Assembly (NCBI GenBank): GCA_965113315.1
Contig: OZ220375.1
Length of the DNA stretch: 64,000 nt
DNA from: Podarcis vaucheri
Lineage: Eukaryota
Reading direction: 5' to 3' (one strand)
In this document: positions 35,839 to 49,245 of the stretch, piece by piece
Position numbering within the stretch: position 1 is the first letter of the stretch
How the letters are laid out: the number at the start of each line of letters is the position of its first letter
Translations under genes and position numbers: made by a program
Notes under the pieces: generated by a model
What the model was told of the DNA's origin: nothing
The model's database searches: none
What the model saw: the letters and a program-made list of their open reading frames with translations, nothing else

Positions 35839-36876
35839 TTAAATACTGTAGATCTTAATATAGACTGCAATTCTCTACACATTTACTAGGGAGTAAGCCG
35901 CACAGAACAGCATTAAACATATTTGTAGACTGTTTGTTTTTTTATATAAAAAACCACCTTATTTATAGATAAGTGTTCTAAGAAAACCTGTAAATGTTTG
36001 AGTGTTGCATCTGTATATGAGTAGAAGACTGAATAAATATTCTGTCACCCATGCCTTCATGAAGCAGTAGATTTCCCTTTGATTATTAAATTACAGTAAT
36101 TAACATTGGTTATCTTACACATTATTAGAAATTTGCTCTTCATATATAGGCACATGCGCTTAATGTTAAGAGTTACTGCTAAATTTCAAGTTCCGGAAAC
36201 TCAACCCACCCCACCCCTCAAAAATTTTTCAAAGCAAAGCTGAGGTTTTGTCTTCAAAGCAAAACTTTCAAAAGATTTCAAGGGAACCCCAATTTGTTAA
36301 AATTACCTATAAATTGTGTGTCATTCTACAAACCTATACATTGTGGCAAAAATTCATAAACAAACAAACACACACACACACACACACACAATTCAGAGCA
36401 AAGTTGGTGGTACCTTTCCCTTTGAAATATCAAACATATTTCACAAGAAGGTATAACAGACAGAGCTATTTCTCAAGGGTGTTTAGTACACTCTTCTTTT
36501 ATACGACACTATAGCAGAAAACAGCATGTTCTCTATGTGACTCACATTGCAAAATACCTAAGAAAAAATAAGGATCTCTTTAGAAACCCAGTGCCCATAA
36601 TGCATTTTTTATTGAACAAGGTGATGGGTTCCTCTGTTTTCATAATGGGGTTGCACCCAATTAAATTCTACTCAGAGGTGACATATTGCAATGACCTAAC
36701 ATTGTCATGTTCATTCATTTCAATGGGCCTACTCTGAATTCTTAAGCTTTAAAGTATTTACCAAAACATGTGATTTTGCTGCTTGAGAGCCTTGCTGTAC
36801 TGATTGATTTTATTATCTGGTGCTGTATTTGTATTCCATACAGTTTTAGATTGTAGTGTAACATTTTTATTGCAAG

Positions 36877-37150
36877 CATGGGTCTGTCCTGAGAGGCAAT
36901 GGAGTGCACCCCCCAGTTTGAAGTCAAACTGCTCTGTGTTAGCAGCAGCAAAGTGACCTCCCTGGGGCACAAGCCTGGGTAGTGTGTATGGAGGGCTGCC
37001 CAGATGACAAGAGAGCCCCCCCTCCACATCTCACTGATATGGTCCAAAGGAAAGCAGAGCAATATTTTTGGCACCAGTAGTTGCCAGAAAGAGCTGTACA
37101 AGGCACTATCCAGCTGTCTTAGGGACTCCTTTCTGGATTTGTGTAGGGAC
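36877..37150. repeat. Unclassified interspersed repeat (second copy at ~58025-58425)
   Basis: Shared blocks GAAGTCAAACTGCT, AAGCC..GGG.AGTGTGTATGGAGG, GGGCTGCCCAGATGACA and GGTCCAAAG.AAAGCAGAG in both copies. Confidence 0.65.
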
Positions 37151-37353
37151 AGTTTCAACTGCTGTTAATAAATCAATAATAAAATCAGCACCAGTATGCA
37201 TTTGTAAATACCCATAAACACATGAACATGGTGTTAGAAATTTACTTTATAAGGCTATGCAATTCCTGGCTTTTCTCACAGATAACCTTGCAGAAATTCT
37301 AAATGTAAATGCAAAGTAAAATATAACAACAAAACAAGTACATGAGATCATCC

Positions 37354-38328
37354 TTAACAACAGCTAAAGCCAATGGACTTCCTTTCTCTACTTGGCAAGC
37401 TATGTAAACATTTCCTATTGACTAGTTTCTGCAAGGCATCCTTGAAATCTTTGTTCCTCAGACTGTAGATGACAGGGTTGAGAAGTGGTGTTAGCACAGT
37501 GTAGAAAATGGAGACCACCTTATTCAGCTCTGATGAAAGACTAGCACTGGGTCGAACATACATGGAGATCATGGTGCCATAATATATCACCACCACAGCT
37601 AAGTGTGAGCCACAGGTGGAGAAAGTCTTTTTTCTTCCAGAAACAGAGGGGATTTTCAGGATAGTCTTGATGATAAATGCATAGGACACCAAGGTAAGCA
37701 AGAAACATGTGAAAAGGACCAATATAGACAGCACAAAAATGCTCATTTCGGTGGTGGAAGTGTCAGAACAGGAGAGCTTCAGCAGAGGTGGGATGTCACA
37801 GAAGAAATGATTGATTTGGTTAGATCTGCAGAAATGCAGCCTAGAGATCAGCAATGAAGGTAGCAACCCTGTGAAGAGACCAATCACCCAAGACCCTATT
37901 GCCAAGCGGGTGCAGAACTGTGTGTTCATGGCTTCTGCATAATGCAATGGGTCACAGATTGCAAGGTACCGATCATACGCCATCACAGATAATAGGAAGC
38001 ACTCCGTTGCACCAAAGAAGACAAAAAAGTACAGCTGTGCCATGCATCCAATGAAGGATATGCTCTTGTTCTCCATAAGGAGGCTACTGAGCATCTTGGG
38101 CACAATGGTGGTGGTGTACCAGATCTCTAGGAAGGAGAGGTTTTGGAGGAAAGAGTACATAGGGGAATGAAGATATGACTCTAGCTTGACGACTGAAATA
38201 ATAACCACATTGCCTGTGATGGTTAGGAGGTAGATAAGTAAGAACATGGTGAAGAGTAGGGTCTGCCACCCTGGAAGACTCTGGAACCCCAGAAGCCGAA
38301 ATTCAGACACAGAGCTGCCATTCTTCAT
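37354..38328 (-). CDS. Olfactory receptor, intact, 324 aa (family 11, OR11L-like)
   Basis: Likely start MKNGSSVSEF (ATG at 38328). Motifs LHSPMYSFLQNLSFLEIWYT, MAYDRYLAICDPLHY, KTFSTCGSH and PLLNPVIYSLRN. Confidence 0.95.
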   Translation of the reverse strand: MKNGSSVSEFRLLGFQSLPGWQTLLFTMFLLIYLLTITGNVVIISVVKLESYLHSPMYSFLQNLSFLEIWYTTTIVPKMLSSLLMENKSISFIGCMAQLYFFVFFGATECFLLSVMAYDRYLAICDPLHYAEAMNTQFCTRLAIGSWVIGLFTGLLPSLLISRLHFCRSNQINHFFCDIPPLLKLSCSDTSTTEMSIFVLSILVLFTCFLLTLVSYAFIIKTILKIPSVSGRKKTFSTCGSHLAVVVIYYGTMISMYVRPSASLSSELNKVVSIFYTVLTPLLNPVIYSLRNKDFKDALQKLVNRKCLHSLPSRERKSIGFSCC

Positions 38329-39964
38329 TTGCTTTGCTGATCTTGAGCTCCCCTGCAGGTATGCCTCAGTCACAAAATGCACCATGAATAAGAATTTAGG
38401 TTACTCTATCACCTTCCTAGAAAGACCACAGAATAACATGAGTGATAGCAGTAATAGCAGCAGGAGTGGTAAATAAAGATATTATGTTGCACCCTAGGTT
38501 AGTACAAGTACACTAAGTACACAGATTTGAACAAGCAGACCAGATCTCTCATCAATGATTCTGTTCCCAACAGTAGTCAGTCAGATTCCTCTAAAAAGTT
38601 TGGACACATGGCATGTCCCTAACACCTGCTGCTCAGGATGCTCCATTTAGCCAGGGGTGGGGGACTTGTGACCCTCCATATATCATTGGAATACAAGTCT
38701 CACGACCCCTGTCCATTGGCCATACTATTCATGACTGTTGAGAGTTGGAGTCCAATCCAGGCGGACAGCCTCCTCACCTCCTCATTTAGTTATCATGGAT
38801 AATATCAATCTTAAAAAGTTATTTTCCATGAATTCGACTAATTCTTTTCTGAAGCTACCTAAGGTAATGGCCATTAACACAGCTTGTAGTAGTTGATATC
38901 ATGTTATTTGTTTCAAGTGAAATAGTCCTTTCTTTTGTCTCCACTTAATATGAAAAAAGGAACATAACATTGCTTAATGCTATTTAAGAAAGACTCAGGA
39001 AGGGGAGAGTTATCCCATATAAAAACAATTATTATCGTTCTCTGAAGTTATGGTTATGAAGCTAGCAAACAGTGATTGACCATAGTGATGTTAACATTCA
39101 AGGAGTGCATAATCAATCTACATGTACACAATAGTTCAGCTGTTCAAATCAACAAATGTCCATTCATTTTACACCAAGAGATGTACATGTGTAGAGACAG
39201 TTTGCACCTTTCTTCAGCGTAATGTGTCAACAGGTGTCATGTCACCTTCTTATGGGAAGTCATCTGTATAAAATCTGTGACAACTGTGTGACATGAGCAA
39301 CAGGTACAATCAAAACTCATATTTTGCATGAATTTGTAAAATTACATTTTCCCCTATATATTTGCTATTTTCACAGATATAATGTCTTCCTACCATAATG
39401 TCTGAATAATAATAATGATAATGAAAATATTTAATCATGGGTTTTCCCAAGGCAGTGTACCTAATGGTATCCTTTTTATGCATTGCACACTAAGCCAAAG
39501 CATGCATTAACTCACAGCAGCATGGCAGCAGCAGGACTCTTAAAGAAGCATTGAAATTGAGATCCCCCCCCAGTAACCCATATAATTGTCCATTTGTTCT
39601 AAGAGGCAATGTGGTATATCTCATCAGTCCCACCCAATATGGCCAATGTTCAGGGATGATGGGAACTGTAGTCAGGCAATATATGGAGGGCACTATATTG
39701 ACTATCCTTGTGTTAAGCCATGGTTTGACTTAGCTTTAAGTCTGAACTGAACTATTGTGTAATTCAGGCAACCACAAGACAAAGAGTTCTTGAGCTTGAG
39801 CAAGATCACTGCTTCAAGTGCCCTCAAATAATTTCCTGTGACCCAAATAAGCCCCATTACATTACATTACTGGAGAAAAACGGTAGAAGCCTCCCTCTCT
39901 CCTCCCTCCCCAATCCAAAATAAGGTCACCTGTATGAAAAGGTGTGTGAAGAGTTCAAGAATTC

Positions 39965-40110
39965 AGCTCAGGCATGTCTAAAGTTTGTCAGTAGACTTTG
40001 AGACTCTTCATCTCAAGGTTGTGGGTTCAAGCCCATTCCTGCCTTGCAGGAGGTTGGACTAGCTGACCCCTGTGGTGCCTTCCAACTCTATGAGGCTGTG
40101 AATCCATTAT
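39965..40110 (+). mobile_element. Decayed short tRNA-derived SINE with a CR1-like tail
   Basis: GACTCTTCATCTCAAGGTTGTGGGTTCAAGCCC (tRNA-Lys-like anticodon/T-arm) followed by GGTTGGACTAG.TGACC..TTCCAACTCTATGA (CR1-type 3' end). Confidence 0.55.
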
Positions 40111-41333
40111 ATGAATCTATGAATATTATAGGATCCTTACTGAAATAATCAGAATGACATATGTCTCACATGTCAACTCAGTAGGGTAGAACACTGAATC
40201 TTTTCAGGCTTGGTTGTACAGAAGAAAGGGGGACAGGGAAAAGTTGTTTATCTACTGCTTTATCCATTGTTTACAGGCAAACATATACAATACAAATATC
40301 CAATACAAATAGTCAAGAAATTACATAAGTAACCAAATAACTATATTAATATTTCAATCCAAAACCACTAACAAAATCAGGTCCCTAATGACTAAAACAT
40401 CCATTATTAAAAACAAAAATGGGTCTTCTGAAGGCAGATGCACATCTAATGAAGCATAAAATTGAATTTAAATTTAATTAGAGGCTTCAATTTGTGTTTG
40501 GAGTTCTTAGAGGGACCTTGAGTAATGCCATATCGTTGCCAAGTTGCCTTCATAACCACTATTATACTAAAAGTATACCTATCTGAAGTAGAAGCATAGG
40601 TCCAAATATTCATTGTCAAGTTCAGATAACTCACCAATTGAACTACCCCAGTTGTCTTGCAAAATAAACAGGGGAAACAGGCTGATGATCAAAATGGTTT
40701 CATCTCATTTCAAAGAGTGAGCAGAATTTGCACCTCATTTGGAATTGCAGCTCTTAGTTAAGTCGCAAAAGCTACAGAGAAAAATGGTGGAGTTGTTTGG
40801 CCTTACTGCTCTCCAGCATCATGTGTTTCTGGAAACAGTGGCACAGTGACTTTAAAGCTCTGGAGAACACCTTGGGGATCTTTTCTACACAGCACCAGAA
40901 GAATTCTCCAGGTGCCCACAGTGAAAAGAAGACCCCATCTGTTGTGCATTAATGAAGAAGCCATGCCCAAAGCATCTAACAAGGGGAAAGCACAAAGCAA
41001 AATATCAACCCAATTGCTATTTCTATATTATGAACAGAGATTAGCCAAGAACAGAGATGGGAATTTCAGGCCCAAGGATCACTTGTCTAGGCCTGCCTGG
41101 TTCTCAGTATTCTGTCCAGGCTAAACCCTCTACCAAGCCACACCTCTCACCAACCTTAATTTTAATCCTTTTTAGCATTTGTATCCTGCTGGGATGTGTC
41201 CTTAAAATTATGAACAGTCGGTTTGTTTTTATTTTACTTCAGATAATTTTTTAAAATAAATAAATAATCTATGGTAGCTATTCAGAAGCATGTTAGATGT
41301 AGAGTGATTTCTTTATTCCTGGAGTATAAGAGA

Positions 41334-42103
41334 AATTGGGTCCTCCCTTAAAGAGGGCATGTATTGCGGTGAGACCTGGAGAACCGACACCCTGTGTTGT
41401 GGGTGGGTATGATTGGTCAGCCACAACACCCGATTGCTGGGTCCCTCGAAGCTATGTGCAATCTGGCCAATGGGACGCAAAGGGACCTATTTATGCCCAT
41501 GCACGTGACCCAGAGTTTCCTCTTTCGGCACGTGCATTTGGAACACCTGCCCACCTCTCCCTATATTTTGGGCTTGCATGCTTGACCTTGCTATGCCCTC
41601 GTGTGTTGTCTGTCATTGGGACAGGGTCACGGCAGGAATTTTCCCCGCTTGGCTGTTGCCATTTGGGTTTCACCTGCCTCGTAGCAAATCGTTACAACTT
41701 GTAGGGTTGCAGATAGGCTCTGGTTCAGGTGATGGGGATGGGAGAACGCTCTCGCCATCTCTATGTGAAGGGTATTCCGTTAAAGGAATCCAGGGACTCA
41801 ATAGTTTGGTCAACCCCTGAGAGGGGGTTGTGCCCGTGTCTGAGTCCAGGGGGACATTTCGGTGGTGGAGTTAGCTTGTTCCTGGTTTTCTGCGTATCCA
41901 GGTGTTCACCCTTGGCTGACCTATGCTGGAACTATGGGTCAGCACTCCCTGCATGGCAGGGAGCTAGTTGAACCAGAGCCTATGCAACTAGTCACTTTCT
42001 GTAATCAATAAAGTTGTGGCCAAAATTCTGCCAAAAACCAAAACCAAAATTTGAGTCAAGTGTGAATTTATTTAGGGGGGATGGTTCTGGGTCTGAACAT
42101 GCA
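41334..42103 (+). mobile_element. LTR-like element copy 3, flanked by a ~75-bp direct duplication
   Basis: TG at 41365, ..CATGCA end, and AATAAAGTTGTGGCC at 42007 shared with 17424-18219. Flanks 41259-41333 and 42104-42180 are near-identical. Confidence 0.65.
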
Positions 42104-43713
42104 AATAAATAATTTGTGGTAGCTGTTCAGAAACATGTTAGATGTAGAGTGGTTTCTTTATTCCTGGAGTATATAAGAGACATGTCATGAATTCATTCAA
42201 CACACAAACAGAAAGCATTATCAAGTTATAAAGAGATATGTGAAATAGCATAACCTGAATAGACAGAAGAGGGCAGCAAACAATAAATAAACAAGTTGTT
42301 TCATGTGACTCATTATATTTGGTCTGGTGGGGTTAGTTTCCTGGCTTTGTCTCTTTCATACTCTCCTATGATTTCCCCTCCAACACACACAAACGCCTCT
42401 GCAGGGGGGGGGGCAGCTGACTTGCCTACAAATATATAAAAGCACCATGCAGCATTTATTTGACTGAAATTAAATAAAACGCTTCTCACTCTTGGGATTC
42501 CTGCAATGAACTGCATACAGAAAAAGTATTTGGTAAGAACTCTTTCTCTATATCCAACGCAGGCTGCCATTACTAAGACTGTGGGTCTTCTTGGAATTAA
42601 TCCCTTCTTGGCTTTTCTTCCCTGGCCTGTTTTCATTTCCTGGAGGAACATCTTACAGGCCTGAACCAATGAGGAAGGGGCTTCCAAATTAATCCTAATT
42701 TAGCTTGCTATGAGTTGGGGGGAGCAAACTATAAGGAAAATGTGCTACTCAGTGGAAAATGTGCTCCACTCAGCTGGGTGATGTGAAGACCAGAACTGAC
42801 AAAAGTTTTCATTTAAGTGTTATCTCTGCTGCAGGATTAATAGTGTATTTTATTAATAAACTCATACCTCTTGAATTAACAGTGCTCACTCATTCATTGC
42901 TGTCCCTGAAAGCATTGTCCACAATCAAGGTAGCAATCTCAACTAGAATTGGGAGATGCTCAACGCGATGGGACTTAACCTCCATATAGACATGTATAAG
43001 TTTATGGTATAAATCAACTCCTTTGCTCTTCCAGACACAGCTGAGACCACCTGCCCATATAATATTGTAAAAGATATGTGTGAGGAATGAGAACACAGTT
43101 TATTACATACACCTCAAATATGAATGGTGAGACATTTTAGGGAAGAGTTCTTATGGAAGTTTGGATTTCTTTTGAATGTAGTCATTGGGCATTTATTGCA
43201 ATATTGCAATATTTGAGTTAAGCATAAGTAGATGTAAGGCTGGACCACCCCAGCAGACAGCCAAATCCACTGCTCCTATATAAGCTCTCAAGAAAGACAG
43301 ACAGTACTCTAATATGCTGTTAGCTTTTTAGAATCCACAGCTACCAGATTCTGTCTGACACTAACTGCTATCTCCTCACTTTTTCGCACAGAGATCTAGC
43401 TTGATTATATCAATTGGCAAACAATTTCGTTCCTATGGCAACATATGATCTCTAATTAATAAAAGAGATCATTCACAGGCCAAGTTGTAAGGCAACCACT
43501 TGTCTAAAATTGGGATCAAGAGATGGAAAGGATCCTGGAGACCATCTAGTCCAATTCTGCCCCACAAACTTACATTAGCATATATGCTATTTTGCAATGC
43601 TAAAGTATTAATGCTTTGCTAATTCAATTTCCTGTTTTATCACTAATAATGTATTTTGGTTTTTCCACTAATAATGTATCAGCAGATAAAAATCTATCTA
43701 TGAAGCTCATCCA

Positions 43714-44652
43714 ATGGGTCATGTCTGTAATGAATCCGCTCCATCTGAATTCATCTTCCTGGCATTTTCAAAGCTTAATGAATGGCATTTTCTCTTCACT
43801 GGATTTCTGCTAATCACTTATACCTGCACACTCATGGGGAATGTTCTGGTCATCATTCTTGTCTGCTTACAACCAAATCTTCAAACTCCGATGTACTTCT
43901 TTCTGAGCAATCTATCCCTCCTGGACATCTGCCAGACTACAACCACTATTCCACAGATAATAGTGCATCTGATCTCAGGGACAAATGCCATCTCACATGA
44001 AAGATGCAAGATGCAACTCTTTTTCTTCGTCTTATTCATTGGTACTGAGCCACTCCTGTTGGCTGCCATGGCTTATGATCGTTACGTTGCCATCTGCAAT
44101 CCTCTCCGCTATAATGTGGTCATGAATTACAAACTCTGTGCCCAACTAGTGTCAGCTTCTTGGTTCACAAGTTCACTCAATGCCACCATCCACACCCTTC
44201 TCACATTGCGCCTGCCCCTTTGTGGTATCAATAAGATCAACTACTTCTTCTGTGACATCCCTCCCCTCCTAGCTATTTCCTGTGGTGATATCTCTGGAAA
44301 TATTATTGCCATGCTGGCTGCTAGCCCTGTAATGGGCATCGGACCAGGCATGTGTGTCCTCCTTTCCTATATTCACATCATCTTGAGGGTTCTGAAAATG
44401 CATTCTTCCTCTGGGATGAAGAAAGCCTTTTCAACTTGTGCTTCTCATCTCACAGTTGTCCTGCTCTTTTATGGCAGCTCTATGTTTCAATATGTCAGGC
44501 CCTTCTCCAGCTACTCTCTTAGCAAAGATAGCAAGATTGCCCTTTTTAACAACATACTCTCCCCTTTGTTGAACCCACTGATTTACACCCTCAGGAACAA
44601 TGATGTGAAGGGGGCACTGCAAAGGAGAATGATGAAGAAAATTATTTCCTAA
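43714..44652 (+). CDS. Olfactory receptor, intact, 312 aa (OR5V1-like array, copy 1)
   Basis: LQTPMYFFLSNLS, MAYDRYVAICNPLRY, INYFFCDIPPLL, KAFSTCASH and PLLNPLIYTLRN. Confidence 0.96.
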   Translation: MGHVCNESAPSEFIFLAFSKLNEWHFLFTGFLLITYTCTLMGNVLVIILVCLQPNLQTPMYFFLSNLSLLDICQTTTTIPQIIVHLISGTNAISHERCKMQLFFFVLFIGTEPLLLAAMAYDRYVAICNPLRYNVVMNYKLCAQLVSASWFTSSLNATIHTLLTLRLPLCGINKINYFFCDIPPLLAISCGDISGNIIAMLAASPVMGIGPGMCVLLSYIHIILRVLKMHSSSGMKKAFSTCASHLTVVLLFYGSSMFQYVRPFSSYSLSKDSKIALFNNILSPLLNPLIYTLRNNDVKGALQRRMMKKIIS

Positions 44653-45794
44653 AAGAGGTGGAATACACAGATAGCTTGAAATCCTTAGCTTTACTTTTGA
44701 ATTGTGCAGGGTAGTGGAAGTTGGAGTTCAGAGCAGTGTAACTAGGACCCAGAATGTCATTTTGTTCTGTTGGAATCAAAAGGTCTCAGGGGTGTGTTCC
44801 AAACAGTGCTGTAAAAATAAAGAAATCTGTCATTGTTTCTGAGGGGGGCACAATCCCAAAGGATATGTATTTCTATTTCATGTTCACTGTACTTGAGAAG
44901 GTTTTTAGAATGTCAATAGGAGCAGGGTTCTGAGATTACTTCATTGTTGCTAAGATGCCCAAGGTCTTGTAAATGCTTCTGCCTCATTTTTCAACCTCCC
45001 TTCCTGCCTATGATTCCTGATCAGAAAAAGACCCTTGGGAGACCTCATGATGTGTACTCCTGAGCTTGGATGGAAATTCAGGTACTCAGGAAGGATGAAG
45101 GTGAGGCTTTTCAGGTGGTGGAACTCACTGGAACTCAGTTCCTGCAGCTCTCAGGTGGACACCTTTGCCATTGTAAGAGAACAAGGGAGGTGTTCATTGT
45201 GAGCTTCTCGAACTTTCTCCCTTATAAAAATAGCACTGGATGAAGGGTTCAGACCACTGGTAAGATGATCTGTAGAACAAAATAAAAGGAGACTTGAAAT
45301 TCACAAGCACTGTTCAGCCACTCCTTTTTGATAATTTTCAGTCACAATTTTCTCTATAATTGATGGAGGGTTTTTTAAAGGGGAAATTTATTTATTGCTT
45401 ATGCCACACTAATTTGTGAAGGTAACAATGTAAAGTTGATTTTCAGGCTTATGGTACTGTTAATATAAGCTTTATCACTGTAGTCTATTTGGACTGATCT
45501 TTAGGGACTTTTATTATCAGGGACTTCACATTATTTTCTAAAAGAAAGTACTTATAAAAGTGTCTACTTTAGACAACTGCCCTCTCTGTTGTCTTTCTCT
45601 TTCAACAAGCTGTTTAAGTTGAGATCTGTATTGCATTTTTTAAATCACTTTTTACAATTGTAACTGATAAAACCAATAAAAATATATACTGCCTCTCACC
45701 GTGAAACTCACAAATCAAAAGGATTCCCCAGTGCCTGCCTCAGTGTTGTGCTGCATTTTATTTCATTCAACGTTTTCATATGCCTTGGATTTTA

Positions 45795-46070
45795 AAACTA
45801 TGAGCTTTCCCCTGGAGAAACTCTATCTTGGCCTCCTCCTTCTCTTGTCTCCACTTCTGCCTCTGCTACAGCCTCTTCCTGTTCACTAAATCTTGTTACC
45901 TTTTCATCTTCGGATACCTCCTCTTCCCAGTCTTCCCCCTCTTCCCCCTCTGAACACACATCATTACCCCACTGCCACTCCCTAAGCTCTGAGCCTTCTT
46001 TCTTTGGTGGTTCTCCAGCTGGTTCCTCCCACCATTCCTCTAAGTCCGACCTGCAGTCCAGGACCTCAGC
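45795..46070 (-). mobile_element. Probable LTR fragment (purine-rich; produces a spurious acidic ORF)
   Basis: Composition shift and GAGGAATGGTGGGAGGAACC-type sequence reminiscent of lizard LTRs; termini not resolved. Confidence 0.3.
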
Positions 46071-48312
46071 AAGGCAAGTAGAGCAGTTAATGTGCATAAC
46101 CACCCATGACTGTCCAACAGTCATTGTGGAGACTATGCACATAATTCTTCGTGGAAGAGGATATTCTTCACATTCCCTAGTCAGTACACACAGTCTTCAA
46201 CAGAACTTGAGAAATAGGCATACATTGACTGGAGTTTGTACATTCTCTGGCCATTGTGCACAATCCTCCAACAGATCTTACGAAACTTACTTTCCCCATA
46301 ACATATAAACTCTTCAAAGTTTCTAAGTGTCCTCACAGTATTTTTTAACAACTTTGTTTTCCATGAAAAATGACCAAATAATGTGACTCATTAAATTTAT
46401 ACCAGTGGGACTAATTTCCAGGGGGTTTTCCATGCTCCCTTTGGCTCTCCACCTCCAGGCAACCACACACATGCCACCACACGGGGGAGGCCCAACTAGC
46501 ATGTTCACAAATATATACAAAAGCACTACGAAGCCTTTAAAATATAGGATAATTTGCACACTTTGGCTTTCTGCAATGAACTTCAACACAGAGAAGGTAT
46601 TCAGAAAGAACACCCCCTCCCCATTTGGGTGGCCAAGGTTTAAATTACGTTTAAAGGATTCTAATTGATAAGACTTGCAGGTATCTCAGTCTTCTGTAAA
46701 TTCCACTGAATGCAAATCCGATATTTAATGCTAAGCTGATACTGAATGTGTTTCAAACTGTCTTTTTTAAGGACAATTTGAATGTAAGAAGAGCCATGTC
46801 AAATCAGACTACAGCATCATTGCAGTTCAGTATACATTTATCACAGTGACAAGCCAGATACCTAAGGGCAACCCTCAAGGAGAAGATTTTAAATGTTTGA
46901 TGTTTCAATGTGTTTTTGATATTTTTGTGGGAGCTGCTCAGAATGGCTGGGGCAACCCAGTCAGTTGGGCGGCATATTGTTGTTGTTGTTATTTAAAAGC
47001 GGGTTCTCTGTAGTCCATTTGTGAAAAGGGTAAAACCTTCCCACCACTCCCATGGTCCTGATCTGGATTGGGGCCCTGCAAACTACTTTTCCTGAAAAAG
47101 AAATAAAGTAGTTGGTGCTTTGCTTCCGGAAGCAAGATTCAAGGTGTTGTGTTGCAACTTTCCTTACTATGTGTCCAGATGAAAAAGGGTGTGGTGAAGA
47201 GATGATATCTGCTCTGTTGGGTGCCACAGTGACCTGAACTGACATGTTGGCATTTGCATTTTTGTGCTGCTGTGGAACTTAGATTGTAGTTCATTAATAG
47301 CCTTAGTCATCTTCAGCTAAGAGAACTCAGCCATTCTTCAACATGTTTCTCCATTGATACTGCAATTTTAAATGCACTTTGTTGTGAATTTTCACCATTG
47401 GACATAATTTAACTTGTTTCCAAATAGATGTGCATACTATACAAAAGTAAACAACTTATTGTATAAAAAAATGTATTTAGTAGAGTAAGATGTGCATAAC
47501 ATGCATGTATTCCTGGAAATAACATTCACAAATACATTATATTAGGGGAAATGGGTTAATAAACTGTATATTATGAGAAATATGCAGTAAAATGCTGCTG
47601 AATTTTCAAAAGGGGTTTTCTTTTAATAAACTGCCAGTTAGATGTGGAAGTGTGGAGAAGTATGGTAGGAGGTGAACTGAAATTGAAAGATTTGCCCATC
47701 CTTAGGTGAACACGCAGGCTACTCATGTTGAGATTGAGATTCTGTTGGACTCAGACCACATATTTTTTCTTCTCAAAGAGATCTAGCCAGATTCTATAAT
47801 ATTTATCTGCAGTGGTTTTAATATGTATACATTTCTTAAGAGTCTGTTCCATCCATGCAGCAATTGACAAGTTATCTAGTTCCCATGGCAACATAACAGT
47901 TTTAATTTACTTAAAAGGAGACCTTCCTAGGCCAGTTCAGAAATGATAAAGTAAATTCTTGGATCAAAAGAAGGAAAGGAATCTGTAGGCTACCCAGTAA
48001 AAAACTCCTCTGCCCTGTCAAAGCTTACATTAATATATTCTGAAAAAAGTAAGAATTAGTCAAAGCTCCTTAGTAATCCTAAGAATTTGTGATCAAATGT
48101 TGGGAAAGAAATTGCAGGAAATCAACTTAATCGTCTCACAGGTTGCAACATTAATATATAGATAGCTAAAAATGAAACAAGTTGAAGCTACATAGAAAGA
48201 GTAAAAGTCTAACACTTCTTCCATTGTTCATTAAATTTTCTGCATCACCACAACAAATAACATATTTTTGCTTCTGTCCACAGGAAAAAAATCAATCTAT
48301 TAATGTAATAAA

Positions 48313-49245
48313 ATGGATGTCAGTAATGAAACCACACCTTTCAAATTCATCCTTCTTGCATTTTCAAACAGTAATGAATGGAATTTCCTCCTTTCTGGAT
48401 TTCTGCTCATCACTTATCTCTTCACATTCATGGGGAATATTCTCATCATCACATTTGTCTCCATAGAACCAAGCCTTCAAACTCCCATGTACTTCTTTCT
48501 GAGCAACCTATCCTTCCTAGATGTCTGCCAGACTACTACCACTATTCCACAGATAATAGTTCATCTGATCTCAGGGACAAATGCCATATTGTATGAAAGA
48601 TGCATTATGCAACTATTTTTCCTTGTTTTATTCATTGGTGCTGAGGCACTCCTGTTGGCTGCCATGGCTTATGATCGTTATGTTGCCATCTGCAATCCTC
48701 TGCACTACAATGTGGTTATGAATTACAAATTTTGTGCCCAGCTGGTGTCAGCTTCTTGGCTCACAAGTTCACTCAATGCCACCATCCACACCCTTCTCAC
48801 ATTGCGCCTGCCCCTTTGTGGTATGAATGAGATCAACTACTTCTTCTGTGATATCTCTCCTCTCCTAGCTATCTCCTGCGGAGATATCTCTGGTAATATT
48901 ATTGCCATGCTGGCTGCTAGCCCTGTAATGGGCATTGGACCAGGCATGTGTGTCCTCCTTTCCTATATTCACATCATCTTGAGGGTTCTGAAAATGCATT
49001 CTTCCTCTGGGATGAGGAAAGCCTTTTCAACTTGTGCTTCTCATCTCACAGTTGTCCTGCTTTTCTATGTCAGTTCTATTTTTCAATATATCAGGCCCTT
49101 CTCCAGCTACTCACTCAGCAAAGATAGCAAGATTGCCCTTTTTAACAACATACTCTCTCCTTTGTTGAATCCACTGATCTACACCCTCAGAAACAAAGAT
49201 GTGAAGGGGGCACTGCAAAAGAGAATGATGAAGAAAATACCATGA
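48313..49245 (+). CDS. Olfactory receptor, intact, 310 aa (OR5V1-like array, copy 2)
   Basis: Full OR motif set; acceptor TGTCCACAG upstream; close paralog of 43714. Confidence 0.96.
   Translation: MDVSNETTPFKFILLAFSNSNEWNFLLSGFLLITYLFTFMGNILIITFVSIEPSLQTPMYFFLSNLSFLDVCQTTTTIPQIIVHLISGTNAILYERCIMQLFFLVLFIGAEALLLAAMAYDRYVAICNPLHYNVVMNYKFCAQLVSASWLTSSLNATIHTLLTLRLPLCGMNEINYFFCDISPLLAISCGDISGNIIAMLAASPVMGIGPGMCVLLSYIHIILRVLKMHSSSGMRKAFSTCASHLTVVLLFYVSSIFQYIRPFSSYSLSKDSKIALFNNILSPLLNPLIYTLRNKDVKGALQKRMMKKIP

Noticed and set aside
39965-40040. tRNA-like sequence (also the SINE heads at 21955 and 50140)
   Set aside because: No complete cloverleaf; these are SINE heads rather than tRNA genes.
45798-46142. 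Acidic 114-aa ORF
   Set aside because: Purine-rich repeat-derived sequence with no recognisable domain.
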